Both the position numbers and the translations under genes were made by a program. A DNA stretch of 64,000 nucleotides, taken from IMG/VR virus record IMGVR_UViG_3300001765_000034, positions 20,150 through 84,149 of that record; one strand, written 5' to 3'. Below, in pieces: positions 35,183 to 43,032 of this stretch. Position 1 is the first letter of the stretch. Each line of letters starts with the position of its first letter. Origin of the DNA: a virus. Taxonomy: Duplodnaviria; Caudoviricetes. The notes below the pieces were generated by a model, which made no database searches, was not told the origin of the DNA, and saw only the letters and a list, made by a program, of their open reading frames with translations.

Positions 35183-35255
35183 TGTCTCGTAGTGTAATTG
35201 GTAACATGTCTGGCTCTGGACCAGAAGACTGGGGAATCGTACTCCTCCGAGACAA
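35183..35255 (+). tRNA. tRNA-Gln(CUG), atypical T-loop ATCGTAC
   Basis: TGTCTCG/CGAGACA acceptor, TCTGG-CTCTGGA-CCAGA arm. Confidence 0.85.
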
Positions 35256-35264
35256 CAACTATAT

Positions 35265-35338
35265 TGCCCTGTGGTGTAATTGGTTAACATACGGCACTTT
35301 GGATGCTGTGACTCAAGGTTCGAACCCTTGCGGGGCAA
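35265..35338 (+). tRNA. tRNA-Gln(UUG)
   Basis: TGCCCTG/CGGGGCA acceptor, CGGCA-CTTTGGA-TGCTG arm. Confidence 0.93.
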
Positions 35339-35344
35339 CAATAT

Positions 35345-35430
35345 TCTCCTCTGGCAGAATGGACAAATGCGCCAGACTTTGACTCTGGTACCCATATTCG
35401 GGTTTGTAGGTTCGAGTCCTACGGGGAGGA
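35345..35430 (+). tRNA. Class II-type tRNA with UUG (Gln) anticodon
   Basis: TCTCCTC/GGGGAGG acceptor, CCAGA-CTTTGAC-TCTGG arm, ACCC-ATATTC-GGGT variable arm. Confidence 0.8.
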
Positions 35431-35472
35431 CAAATTTGGAAATGTCAAATATTATACTTATCTTTGTCAAAT

Positions 35473-35556
35473 GCCGAGATGATGGAATTGGCAGACATGC
35501 AGCACTTAAAATGCTGTGGGCATTTGCTCGTGTGGGTTCGAGTCCCATTCTCGGTA
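35473..35556 (+). tRNA. tRNA-Leu(UAA), canonical
   Basis: GCCGAGA/TCTCGGT acceptor, CAGCA-CTTAAAA-TGCTG arm, class II variable arm. Confidence 0.95.
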
Positions 35557-35575
35557 CAATAATAAATGATTAGAT

Positions 35576-36313
35576 ATGTACATCATTTCAAAAACGAAAG
35601 ATTATTACGATGGGGTTGTCGGTACAGTGGGTATCGATAAGTCAATTGTATATGATCGCAACACCGTAATTAACGAAAATAGGGAGACATTTATAGATCC
35701 ATTTTCGGCGAGAAAGGGTTGGCATAAAAGGAATATTACTCCATTTCATAACATATGTTCTCACTCAATTAAAAAGGGGTCGAGATATGAAGATGGCTCG
35801 CCATTCATTGTTGGGTTTTGTGGAAAATTATACATAGGGTGGAAATTTTATAAAGAGGATTTTGATAGTTTTTATGGCACGAAATTCGAAACTTTCATCA
35901 CTTATGATTTAGAATTCATCAAAAATGAGATAACACATAAGAGTTGGTATGGTAATTTAATTGATGACATCAATTACATTTTAACATATAATCCATTGGA
36001 AATCTTTAGAAAACTAAAAACCCCGATATTTATATACGATAGTGATTATGACAGAAAGTTCATTAAAAGATACCACCGTAATGATGTTCTCATTACAAAC
36101 CCCATACTAAAAGATTATGAGTTTTATAAAGTAATGGATAGCTTTACTGCTTTCCAAGAAATTCAAATGTTTATGGGTGGAGTATTAGGTATCGGAGAAA
36201 AAGAAATCGTTGAAGTTGAGGACAAATATAAAATCTCCCAACATGGATTCAACGAATTTAGTTTTCGTAGAGACAAAGCAAATGGAAAAAAAAGACCACA
36301 ATCCCAAAGATAA
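35576..36313 (+). CDS. Hypothetical phage protein
   Basis: 245-aa ORF directly after tRNA array 2. Confidence 0.75.
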   Translation: MYIISKTKDYYDGVVGTVGIDKSIVYDRNTVINENRETFIDPFSARKGWHKRNITPFHNICSHSIKKGSRYEDGSPFIVGFCGKLYIGWKFYKEDFDSFYGTKFETFITYDLEFIKNEITHKSWYGNLIDDINYILTYNPLEIFRKLKTPIFIYDSDYDRKFIKRYHRNDVLITNPILKDYEFYKVMDSFTAFQEIQMFMGGVLGIGEKEIVEVEDKYKISQHGFNEFSFRRDKANGKKRPQSQR

Positions 36314-36482
36314 TAAACCCCAAATAGGTTTAATGGAGTATGTTCGATTGCAACAAAATGTGACCGAAGATATTGATATGCTTAAGGCATTATCGCGACC
36401 ATGGATACCACCCAACACAGATAAAATTTACTGTGGATCAGACCTTGCAGACCAACTACAAGGTCTTTTGAATTTAAAATAA
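36282..36482 (+). CDS. Small hypothetical protein
   Basis: Start placed at ATG 36282 (MEKKDH), 66 aa. Confidence 0.5.
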   Translation: MEKKDHNPKDNKPQIGLMEYVRLQQNVTEDIDMLKALSRPWIPPNTDKIYCGSDLADQLQGLLNLK

Positions 36483-36516
36483 TAGGTGATTTTCTTGGAA
36501 AATAAGAAAATATTGT

Positions 36517-36524
36517 TACCTTTG
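36517..36524 (+). promoter_or_regulatory. Bacteroidota-type -7 box TACCTTTG
   Basis: Upstream of 36545. Confidence 0.6.
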
Positions 36525-36544
36525 CATTTAATAAATTTTAAACC

Positions 36545-37330
36545 ATGAAACAATTATCAAAAAATCAAATTAAAATGAGCGTTGAAGTAATAAAAATTCT
36601 TGATAAAATGTGGTCATCGATTCACATGAAGAGGGTTACTTTAATTTCCTTTTTATTTTTATTTAATATAAGTGTAATTACCCCCGGATCTGTAAGTATT
36701 AGTGATTCTCCTATAATTCAAGATAGGACAGAGTCAAAAGAAAAATTGTATATTGAGGCCGTTAAATTAAAAATGGAAAATAGCTTAATATTGGAAGTTG
36801 AACGTTATTTTAACGAAGTTGCTCCTGAAACAAAATTATCCGCAAATTGTATTGTTGAAAAATGTTTGGAATACAATACTGATATTATTTTTGTACTAGC
36901 TCAAGGGTTACTTGAATCTCATTTTGGAACAAAAGGTAAGGCTGTAAACAGTAATTCGGTTTGGAATGTAGGGACATATGATAATGGACAAGTTCTATAT
37001 ACATATAAAACTCCGAATGAGTCGATAGAACCCTATCTTAAATTAATAAATGAGAGATATCTAATAAACATAACATCTAAGGGTGACACCATTTACAAAG
37101 ATGTATCCCATTTGACATCTGATAAAGGATATGTTAACGATAGTGGAGATAGATTTGCTTCCGCACGGGGATATGAAAATGCTATGAGAAAGCTTATGAT
37201 ATCTATTGATGCAAAAACATCAATTAAGTTATATCAGGGAATTTTAATGCTACCCGACGAAACATTCTTATCTTATTTTAATCCCAACCAAATAGAACCG
37301 AATTCAGAAAACTATTTAGCGTATAGATAA
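36545..37330 (+). CDS. Membrane-anchored lysozyme-like (glucosaminidase-type) cell-wall hydrolase
   Basis: N-terminal TM, LAQGLLESHFG catalytic-Glu motif, NSVWNVG. Confidence 0.6.
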   Translation: MKQLSKNQIKMSVEVIKILDKMWSSIHMKRVTLISFLFLFNISVITPGSVSISDSPIIQDRTESKEKLYIEAVKLKMENSLILEVERYFNEVAPETKLSANCIVEKCLEYNTDIIFVLAQGLLESHFGTKGKAVNSNSVWNVGTYDNGQVLYTYKTPNESIEPYLKLINERYLINITSKGDTIYKDVSHLTSDKGYVNDSGDRFASARGYENAMRKLMISIDAKTSIKLYQGILMLPDETFLSYFNPNQIEPNSENYLAYR

Positions 37331-37402
37331 AACTCGTTTTTCATACTATTTATATGTATCCCTTTCGTAAATAGAAAGGATAAAATATCATATTTATAAG
37401 TT

Positions 37403-38911
37403 ATGACATATAGTACTCATATCAACGTTACCGAAGAGGAAAGAAAAAAAATACTTAACGAACATAGTTTGACGTTAAATCCTCAAATTATTAGAGAAAA
37501 TATCCAATCTTTCAGGTTCACCAGTGATATGAAGTATGTTGTTTTTGAAAACAATTTTTATTCATGTGAAACTGGTGAGTTAATGCCTTTGACCGAAAAA
37601 TGGTCAGTAAGTGACATTTTACATACAGTTGGAGATGTGGCATCTTTGGGGATGGACTTTATCGTTCCCGGGTCTGGAGCTATTGTTGATGCAGTTAATG
37701 GTACAAGTTATTTTATAGAAGCTATTTTTACTAAAGACGCAACCACAAGGAAAAAATTATTTATTATGGGGGCTATTACTTTGGCTTTTGTAATAATTCC
37801 TGGTCCGTTACAAGCGGTAGCAATACCAATGAAACGTTTCGTGAAATATGGAGCGAAAAAAGCGATGAATAAAACAGTACTTGCTGGTCTTGAAATAATT
37901 TACAAAAATTTAAGTAAAATATTATCGTCTATTCCAAGAATGATTCAGAGGGCAGTTGCCACACCTTTAGGTAAAAAAGTCCTTGGTAAATATAGTAAGA
38001 CAATAACGACTCAAATGGATACCATTATAACTGGGATCAAATCTTCGTTTGATGATTTAATTACTAACGCAAGGAAAGCAGTTCCTGAAGGCCCACAATC
38101 AGCAGCATTTAGGAAAAAAGAAGCCGATAAAATCTATAACAAAAAAGTAGTTAGTAAAACTGGTGGAATTGTAGGAAAAACAGCTCGTAGAGGTGGTAGA
38201 ATATTACGTTTATTTGGTATCAAAAAATTAGATAACATTCTAAGAGCTGGCGTACCAGAAGGTCGTTTAACCGGAAAGGCGTTGAGAAATTTAGGAATGG
38301 GTGTTGGAGGAAAATATAAGTACGTTGTACCAAAAAGTAATAGGGTTATTAATATACAAATTCTTAAAACTACTCCTGATGGGGTAATTTGTAGAAATCT
38401 TACCGATGGATCACAATTTTCGGCAACTAACGGTAATTTTATTTTTAACGCAGTTGCCGCACCGTGGGTAAGAAGAGGTAAGGGTAAATTTGTTCCATTC
38501 TTTATAAAAAGATTAACAGATGTAATAACACCTGAAGGTCAATTTGACGAACAAGCACTCGCTGAATTACCAGATCTTGATCCGTCCGAAACATCATTAG
38601 AATCATTAAACTATATAAGAAGTGATGTTGGAGCAGAATATCAAGGACATATTGGTAAATACACAGTAAACCCCGTTGTTCAGGCAGTTCAAAAAGGATT
38701 AGTATTATTAGGATATAGTTTACCATCCGGGGAGGACGGAAAATTTGGACCTGAAACTAAAAAGGCGGTCGAACAATTTCAAACAGATGCAAGTCTTGAA
38801 TCTTTTGATGGGGCAATTGATAGGTTAACGGCTCGTAAATTAGCTCTTGAATTAAGAGCAAGGGGAATCCCAAATTCGGAAGATCTACAAAATGAACTTA
38901 ATAACATATAA
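37403..38911 (+). CDS. Late protein with C-terminal peptidoglycan-binding domain
   Basis: VQAVQKGLVLLGY...DGKFGPETKKAVEQFQ (PG_binding_1-like); hydrophobic hairpin region near the N-terminus; late motif at 37391. Confidence 0.7.
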   Translation: MTYSTHINVTEEERKKILNEHSLTLNPQIIRENIQSFRFTSDMKYVVFENNFYSCETGELMPLTEKWSVSDILHTVGDVASLGMDFIVPGSGAIVDAVNGTSYFIEAIFTKDATTRKKLFIMGAITLAFVIIPGPLQAVAIPMKRFVKYGAKKAMNKTVLAGLEIIYKNLSKILSSIPRMIQRAVATPLGKKVLGKYSKTITTQMDTIITGIKSSFDDLITNARKAVPEGPQSAAFRKKEADKIYNKKVVSKTGGIVGKTARRGGRILRLFGIKKLDNILRAGVPEGRLTGKALRNLGMGVGGKYKYVVPKSNRVINIQILKTTPDGVICRNLTDGSQFSATNGNFIFNAVAAPWVRRGKGKFVPFFIKRLTDVITPEGQFDEQALAELPDLDPSETSLESLNYIRSDVGAEYQGHIGKYTVNPVVQAVQKGLVLLGYSLPSGEDGKFGPETKKAVEQFQTDASLESFDGAIDRLTARKLALELRARGIPNSEDLQNELNNI

Positions 38912-38912
38912 C

Positions 38913-38945
38913 AAAAAAGGTCGGAAATATCCGACCTTTCTTTTT
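38913..38945. terminator. Bidirectional intrinsic terminator
   Basis: AAAGGTCGGA/TCCGACCTTT between convergent genes. Confidence 0.8.
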
Positions 38946-39675
38946 ATTCCTCAAATGTGGGTTTCATCCACAATTTAGTCTTAGTAAAAATATAATCCCT
39001 TAAATACGGGAAAACATTTAATCTGTTCCAAGTCTCCAAGGTGTCATGTTTAAAACACTTATATAATTCTTCTCTTATACGTTCACCTGAGACCACACCC
39101 ATTTTTTTCTCATAATCATAGTGATAAATTACATACCACATTTCTTTCGGAATGGTAAATCCTTTTGTTATGGAAAACCTAATAGCTCTTAAAATCCTCA
39201 ACGGATCATCATCAAAGGTAATTGTGCAATCCAATGGCGTTCTTAAAATACCATTTTTTAAATCGTTTAACCCATTGAAGAAATCAACAATTTCACCGTC
39301 GTCACCTCTTGCTAAAGCGTTAAGGGTAAAGTCACGTCTTTCCAGATCGTCATATAACGTCCCTGGCTTAACTATTGGCGTTCGAGTGTTCGGTATATAC
39401 CCAATTTCTTTTCGAGCCATTACAAAGTCTGCAACACCGACGTATTTGTGTCCTTCAGGAAATCTTGCCCTGATGGTATAACAATCAGGTGTAATTAAGA
39501 AGATTTCAAAATTTTGTTCTTTAAGGTATTTGATTAATACCCCGAACATTTCTGAAGCTTCAGAATAATTACGTAACAATAACTCGTTTGGAACGGCAAC
39601 ATAATCAACATCCTTAGATTTTAATCCGAGAATTTCATCCCTAATCTTCCCTCCTACTTCATAAAATGTAAACAT
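38944..39675 (-). CDS. cca: tRNA nucleotidyltransferase (CCA-adding enzyme, class II head/neck)
   Basis: VGGKIRD, DVDYV, DLERRDFTLNALA, DDPLRILRAIRF, ERIREEL motifs; no HD domain. Confidence 0.85.
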   Translation of the reverse strand: MFTFYEVGGKIRDEILGLKSKDVDYVAVPNELLLRNYSEASEMFGVLIKYLKEQNFEIFLITPDCYTIRARFPEGHKYVGVADFVMARKEIGYIPNTRTPIVKPGTLYDDLERRDFTLNALARGDDGEIVDFFNGLNDLKNGILRTPLDCTITFDDDPLRILRAIRFSITKGFTIPKEMWYVIYHYDYEKKMGVVSGERIREELYKCFKHDTLETWNRLNVFPYLRDYIFTKTKLWMKPTFEE

Positions 39676-39747
39676 ATATTAGACTTTTGTTAATAATACA
39701 CAAAGATAATTGTTTTTCTCGAAAAAAAAAACTATATTTGTAATATT

Positions 39748-40464
39748 ATGAAAATAGTTTTTATATCAGACACACACGGATTACATAATTCGATGTTACA
39801 TCCATTGCCAGAAGGGGATGTCCTCATTCACGCAGGCGACTTAACAAATATTGGAAGTAGACCAAATTTAGAACAATTCATTCATTGGTTTATGAATATC
39901 AAAGGGTTTGACTCAAAAATTTTTATTGCAGGAAACCACGATTGGTGTTTTGAAAGAAAACCCGATTGGTTAAGTCAATACATCAATGATGAAAATTTAT
40001 CACAATCAGATTGTGTATATCTTGAAGATTCTTCATTCACAATTGAGAGTCCTGAATTTTCACGGCCAATAAAATTTTATGGATCTCCGTGGCAACCAGA
40101 TTTTATGAATTGGGCATTTAATGTTCCAAGAAGCGAATTGCACACATATTGGGAAAAAATTCCTGAAGATACCGATGTTTTAATTACTCACGGTCCTCCA
40201 GAAGGTATTCTTGATATAAATATGGAAGGTGAACCCTGTGGATGTTCATCTCTTACATATCACGCGGAAAGAGTTAAACCGTTAATTCACGTCTTCGGGC
40301 ACATACACGAGCAACACGGATATAAAATACATAACGGAACCACATATATCAACGCAACAACGTGTACCCGAAGGTATATACCATCAAATAAACCAATTGT
40401 AGCCTCGTTAAAAGAACTCGACGGGGATTTTATTGTAAACATACAAGACCCATGGAATTATTAA
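39748..40464 (+). CDS. Calcineurin-like metallophosphoesterase
   Basis: ISDTHG, HAGDL, AGNHD, ITHGPP, FGHIHE motifs; TATATTTG box at 39733. Confidence 0.9.
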   Translation: MKIVFISDTHGLHNSMLHPLPEGDVLIHAGDLTNIGSRPNLEQFIHWFMNIKGFDSKIFIAGNHDWCFERKPDWLSQYINDENLSQSDCVYLEDSSFTIESPEFSRPIKFYGSPWQPDFMNWAFNVPRSELHTYWEKIPEDTDVLITHGPPEGILDINMEGEPCGCSSLTYHAERVKPLIHVFGHIHEQHGYKIHNGTTYINATTCTRRYIPSNKPIVASLKELDGDFIVNIQDPWNY

Positions 40465-41987
40465 CAGTAGTAATATCAACAAGACAAATTGATGAGAAAC
40501 ATATAAACACGGTAAAAAAAGCCTTTTCTCATCCGAAAACTGAATTTCTCATTTACGAAAATGACAATAAAATGTCATTATCTGAGGTATATAATAAAGG
40601 ATTGAAAGAGGCAACTAATAATTATATCGTCTTTATGCACGATGATCTCATTATCAACTCAACTAATATGTCAAACAAAATCAATAAATTGTTTGAAAAT
40701 TTTCCTGAGTATGGTATCATTGGTGTTGCAGGAACTACTGATTTAGTTAATGGAACTTGGTGGGATATCCGGAAATCTATGCACGGAAAAATGTCTCATA
40801 CACAAAATGGAAAAATATGGACTAACAAATACTCATCAGAGTCACTGATTGATACATTAAAAGATGTTGTGACTTGTGATGGAGTATTCTTCATTGTTGA
40901 TAAACGAAAAATTAAACACAATTTTGATGAAGATTTTAAAGGTTTCCACTTTTATGATATTCCATTCTTTATTAAAAATTATATCGAAGGGGTGAAGATT
41001 GGAGTTACTACCAGATTCGATTTGTTACATAAGTCTGTTGGACAAACAAACGAACAATGGGAAGAAAATAAAAAACAGTTCGAAGAAAAATTTAAAGACG
41101 TTCTTCCTCTTAAAATGACAAGTAATAAAAGTCTTTTTGAAAAGATAAATTATACCAAAGATAATATAGGTGTTGGAATGGTAACGTATAAAGCTGAAGA
41201 TAGGATTAAACAGTCCGCAGCAACGATTCCCGGATGGGTTAAACATTTTGTTATCGTTAATGACGGTACACCATATGACCCATCATCATATCCTGAACAC
41301 GCCCACATAATCCAACATGAAACAAATAAATCGGTTGGACAGGCTAAAACGTCTGCCATCAATTATCTTATGGAACAAGGGTGTGATCATATCTTTATTA
41401 TAGAAGATGACATCTTAATTCAGGATGAATCCGTATTCGACAAATATATTCAAACATCTCTTAACACCGGGGTAAAACACTTAAATTACGCGTTACAGGG
41501 TCCAGCCAATAAAAAGGGATCCCAAGGATTTAATAATTTAGAAGATAGGGCAAAACAAGAACATCTTACCGAACCGAATCCAAGACAAATTGTTAAATAT
41601 CCAAACGGGCATGAGATAGCAATGTATCCAAATTCAGTCGGAGCATTTTCATATTATCAACGAGAGGTTCTTGAAAAGATTGGTGGTTTTGATGTTGTTT
41701 ATAAAAATGCTTGGGAACATGTTGACCATACTATGGATGCGTTTAAAAACGGATTCACAACTCCTTATTGGTGGTTCGCTGACATCAATGAATCTTGGAA
41801 ATATATAAAGGACATTGATGGTTGTATAGAAAACTCAACAATTGGACATACACCAGAATGGCAAGAAAATTACCAAAAGGGTTATTTACATTTTAAAAAG
41901 AAATACGGATGGGGTCCAACTGAAGTTCCGGATACGTCGCCAGAACACATTCAGAAGATTTTAACCCATCTTTTCCAAAATAAATAA
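40452..41987 (+). CDS. Two-domain glycosyltransferase (GT2-like)
   Basis: FMHDDL and FHFYD in the N-terminal domain; VIVNDGT and IIEDDIL in the C-terminal domain. Confidence 0.75.
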   Translation: MELLTVVISTRQIDEKHINTVKKAFSHPKTEFLIYENDNKMSLSEVYNKGLKEATNNYIVFMHDDLIINSTNMSNKINKLFENFPEYGIIGVAGTTDLVNGTWWDIRKSMHGKMSHTQNGKIWTNKYSSESLIDTLKDVVTCDGVFFIVDKRKIKHNFDEDFKGFHFYDIPFFIKNYIEGVKIGVTTRFDLLHKSVGQTNEQWEENKKQFEEKFKDVLPLKMTSNKSLFEKINYTKDNIGVGMVTYKAEDRIKQSAATIPGWVKHFVIVNDGTPYDPSSYPEHAHIIQHETNKSVGQAKTSAINYLMEQGCDHIFIIEDDILIQDESVFDKYIQTSLNTGVKHLNYALQGPANKKGSQGFNNLEDRAKQEHLTEPNPRQIVKYPNGHEIAMYPNSVGAFSYYQREVLEKIGGFDVVYKNAWEHVDHTMDAFKNGFTTPYWWFADINESWKYIKDIDGCIENSTIGHTPEWQENYQKGYLHFKKKYGWGPTEVPDTSPEHIQKILTHLFQNK

Positions 41988-42020
41988 TATTTATTATTTG
42001 GTAATGTAAAATATTTACTT

Positions 42021-42044
42021 TACATTTGTACTGTTCTTTGAAAA
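42021..42044 (+). promoter_or_regulatory. Host-type -7 box and boxA-like element upstream of tmRNA
   Basis: TACATTTG 42021-28; GTTCTTTGAAAA 42033-44. Confidence 0.6.
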
Positions 42045-42047
42045 TAC

Positions 42048-42449
42048 GGGGGTGAATTGACTTGATTTCAAGTATCAAGGATAAATTGCAAGTAGTCAGA
42101 TGTCATCTATGACTTTAATACACGGTGGTAACTTTTAGACGGCAACGTTTACAAAAACATGGAAATTGCAGGTTTACTTGCAACTTCTAACGTTTCAGTA
42201 GCTTAGGCGAACAAACGAGAGGGTCGGGGCACATGTACCTGGTAACAGAAGTGCTTAAGGTGTAATACAACCATAAAAGTGTTAAGAGTCTCGTTTGGGG
42301 TGCTACTTTATTATAAGTGAACCCTCCACAGTTTTTGGTAACGGTGGCAAAATAGGAACCGAATATTTGTCCGTTATGAATAACGGAATAAACTTGTAGT
42401 AATTTATTGTTGAACAGGAAAGACCGCGAAGCGATATCGCGCACCTCCA
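42048..42449 (+). ncRNA. ssrA: tmRNA with predicted tag (A)GNVYKNMEIAGLLATSNVSVA
   Basis: GGGGGTG/CACCTCC acceptor with G3:U70, 3' T-like arm CGCGA-AGCGATA-TCGCG, internal tag ORF 42141-42206 ending GCT TAG, length about 400 nt. Confidence 0.85.
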
Positions 42450-42451
42450 CA

Positions 42452-42856
42452 AATACTATCGTTCTTTACCATATAGGAGATTAAAAAATGACAGTAGATT
42501 TACTATCACTTATTTTAGGTATGGGTCTGGTGTTAGTTATTGCTTTTGCAATAGGTGGCGTCGTGGCTCTAGTTAAGGTAATGAGATTAGAACGTAACTC
42601 AAATAACATCGATATTGGAACTCAACAGCAACTCGATGATATTAGGAAAACTGTTGGTACAGAAATTGGTGAGATAGATCACAAAATCCAAAATCTTTAT
42701 AGAGATATGGATTCTCGATTCGATAAATTTTATAGTAAGATTATTCAGGAAACTAATCCAAAACAGAGGATACTGAATATGATAAATTCCGGTACTTCGT
42801 CGGATTCGACGGAAAATAGCCATAAAGAATAAATAAACTTAAAGAACGATAGTATT
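42452..42856. repeat. 17-bp perfect inverted repeat flanking ORF 42488-42832
   Basis: AATACTATCGTTCTTTA 42452-68 and TAAAGAACGATAGTATT 42840-56. Confidence 0.85.
42488..42832 (+). CDS. Single-TM coiled-coil hypothetical protein
   Basis: N-terminal hydrophobic helix, coiled-coil C-terminus. Confidence 0.7.
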   Translation: MTVDLLSLILGMGLVLVIAFAIGGVVALVKVMRLERNSNNIDIGTQQQLDDIRKTVGTEIGEIDHKIQNLYRDMDSRFDKFYSKIIQETNPKQRILNMINSGTSSDSTENSHKE

Positions 42857-42860
42857 AAAC

Positions 42861-42892
42861 AAAAAAGGTACTTTAGTAAAGTACCTTTTTTT
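42861..42892. terminator. Bidirectional intrinsic terminator
   Basis: AAAAAAGGTACTTT/AAAGTACCTTTTTT. Confidence 0.8.
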
Positions 42893-42916
42893 ATGCTTTA
42901 AAAGTTGGTATAACGA

Positions 42917-43017
42917 ACAAAGAGGCCGAAGCCTCTTTGTCGAGATAGAAACACCTCCTTTTCGTTTGAAAACTTTATCGTGGTATGGGGACCAATCCAT
43001 ACCCTCTTAGATAAATA
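42917..43017. ncRNA. Candidate structured RNA/DNA element sharing a core with 26531-26562
   Basis: ACAAAGAGGC/GCCTCTTTGT hairpin (cUUCGg loop on minus), GGTATGG/CCATACC hairpin, CTCTTTGTCGA...CCTTTTCGTTTGAAAACT core. Confidence 0.4.
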
Positions 43018-43032
43018 TCGCGAAGGTTAGTT

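Noticed and set aside
33043-35573. ORFs called across the tRNA arrays (e.g. 33043-33240, 33149-33442, 34774-35115, 35132-35548, 35280-35573)
   Set aside because: They are translations of tRNA genes on either strand (MGLEPT/GSSP-type artefacts), not proteins
36210-36281. Longer upstream starts given by the ORF track (36210; also 30350, 29084, 44404, 46195, 50452, 7519)
   Set aside because: The extensions overlap upstream genes or promoter motifs; downstream ATGs with A-rich context or late-motif spacing fit better
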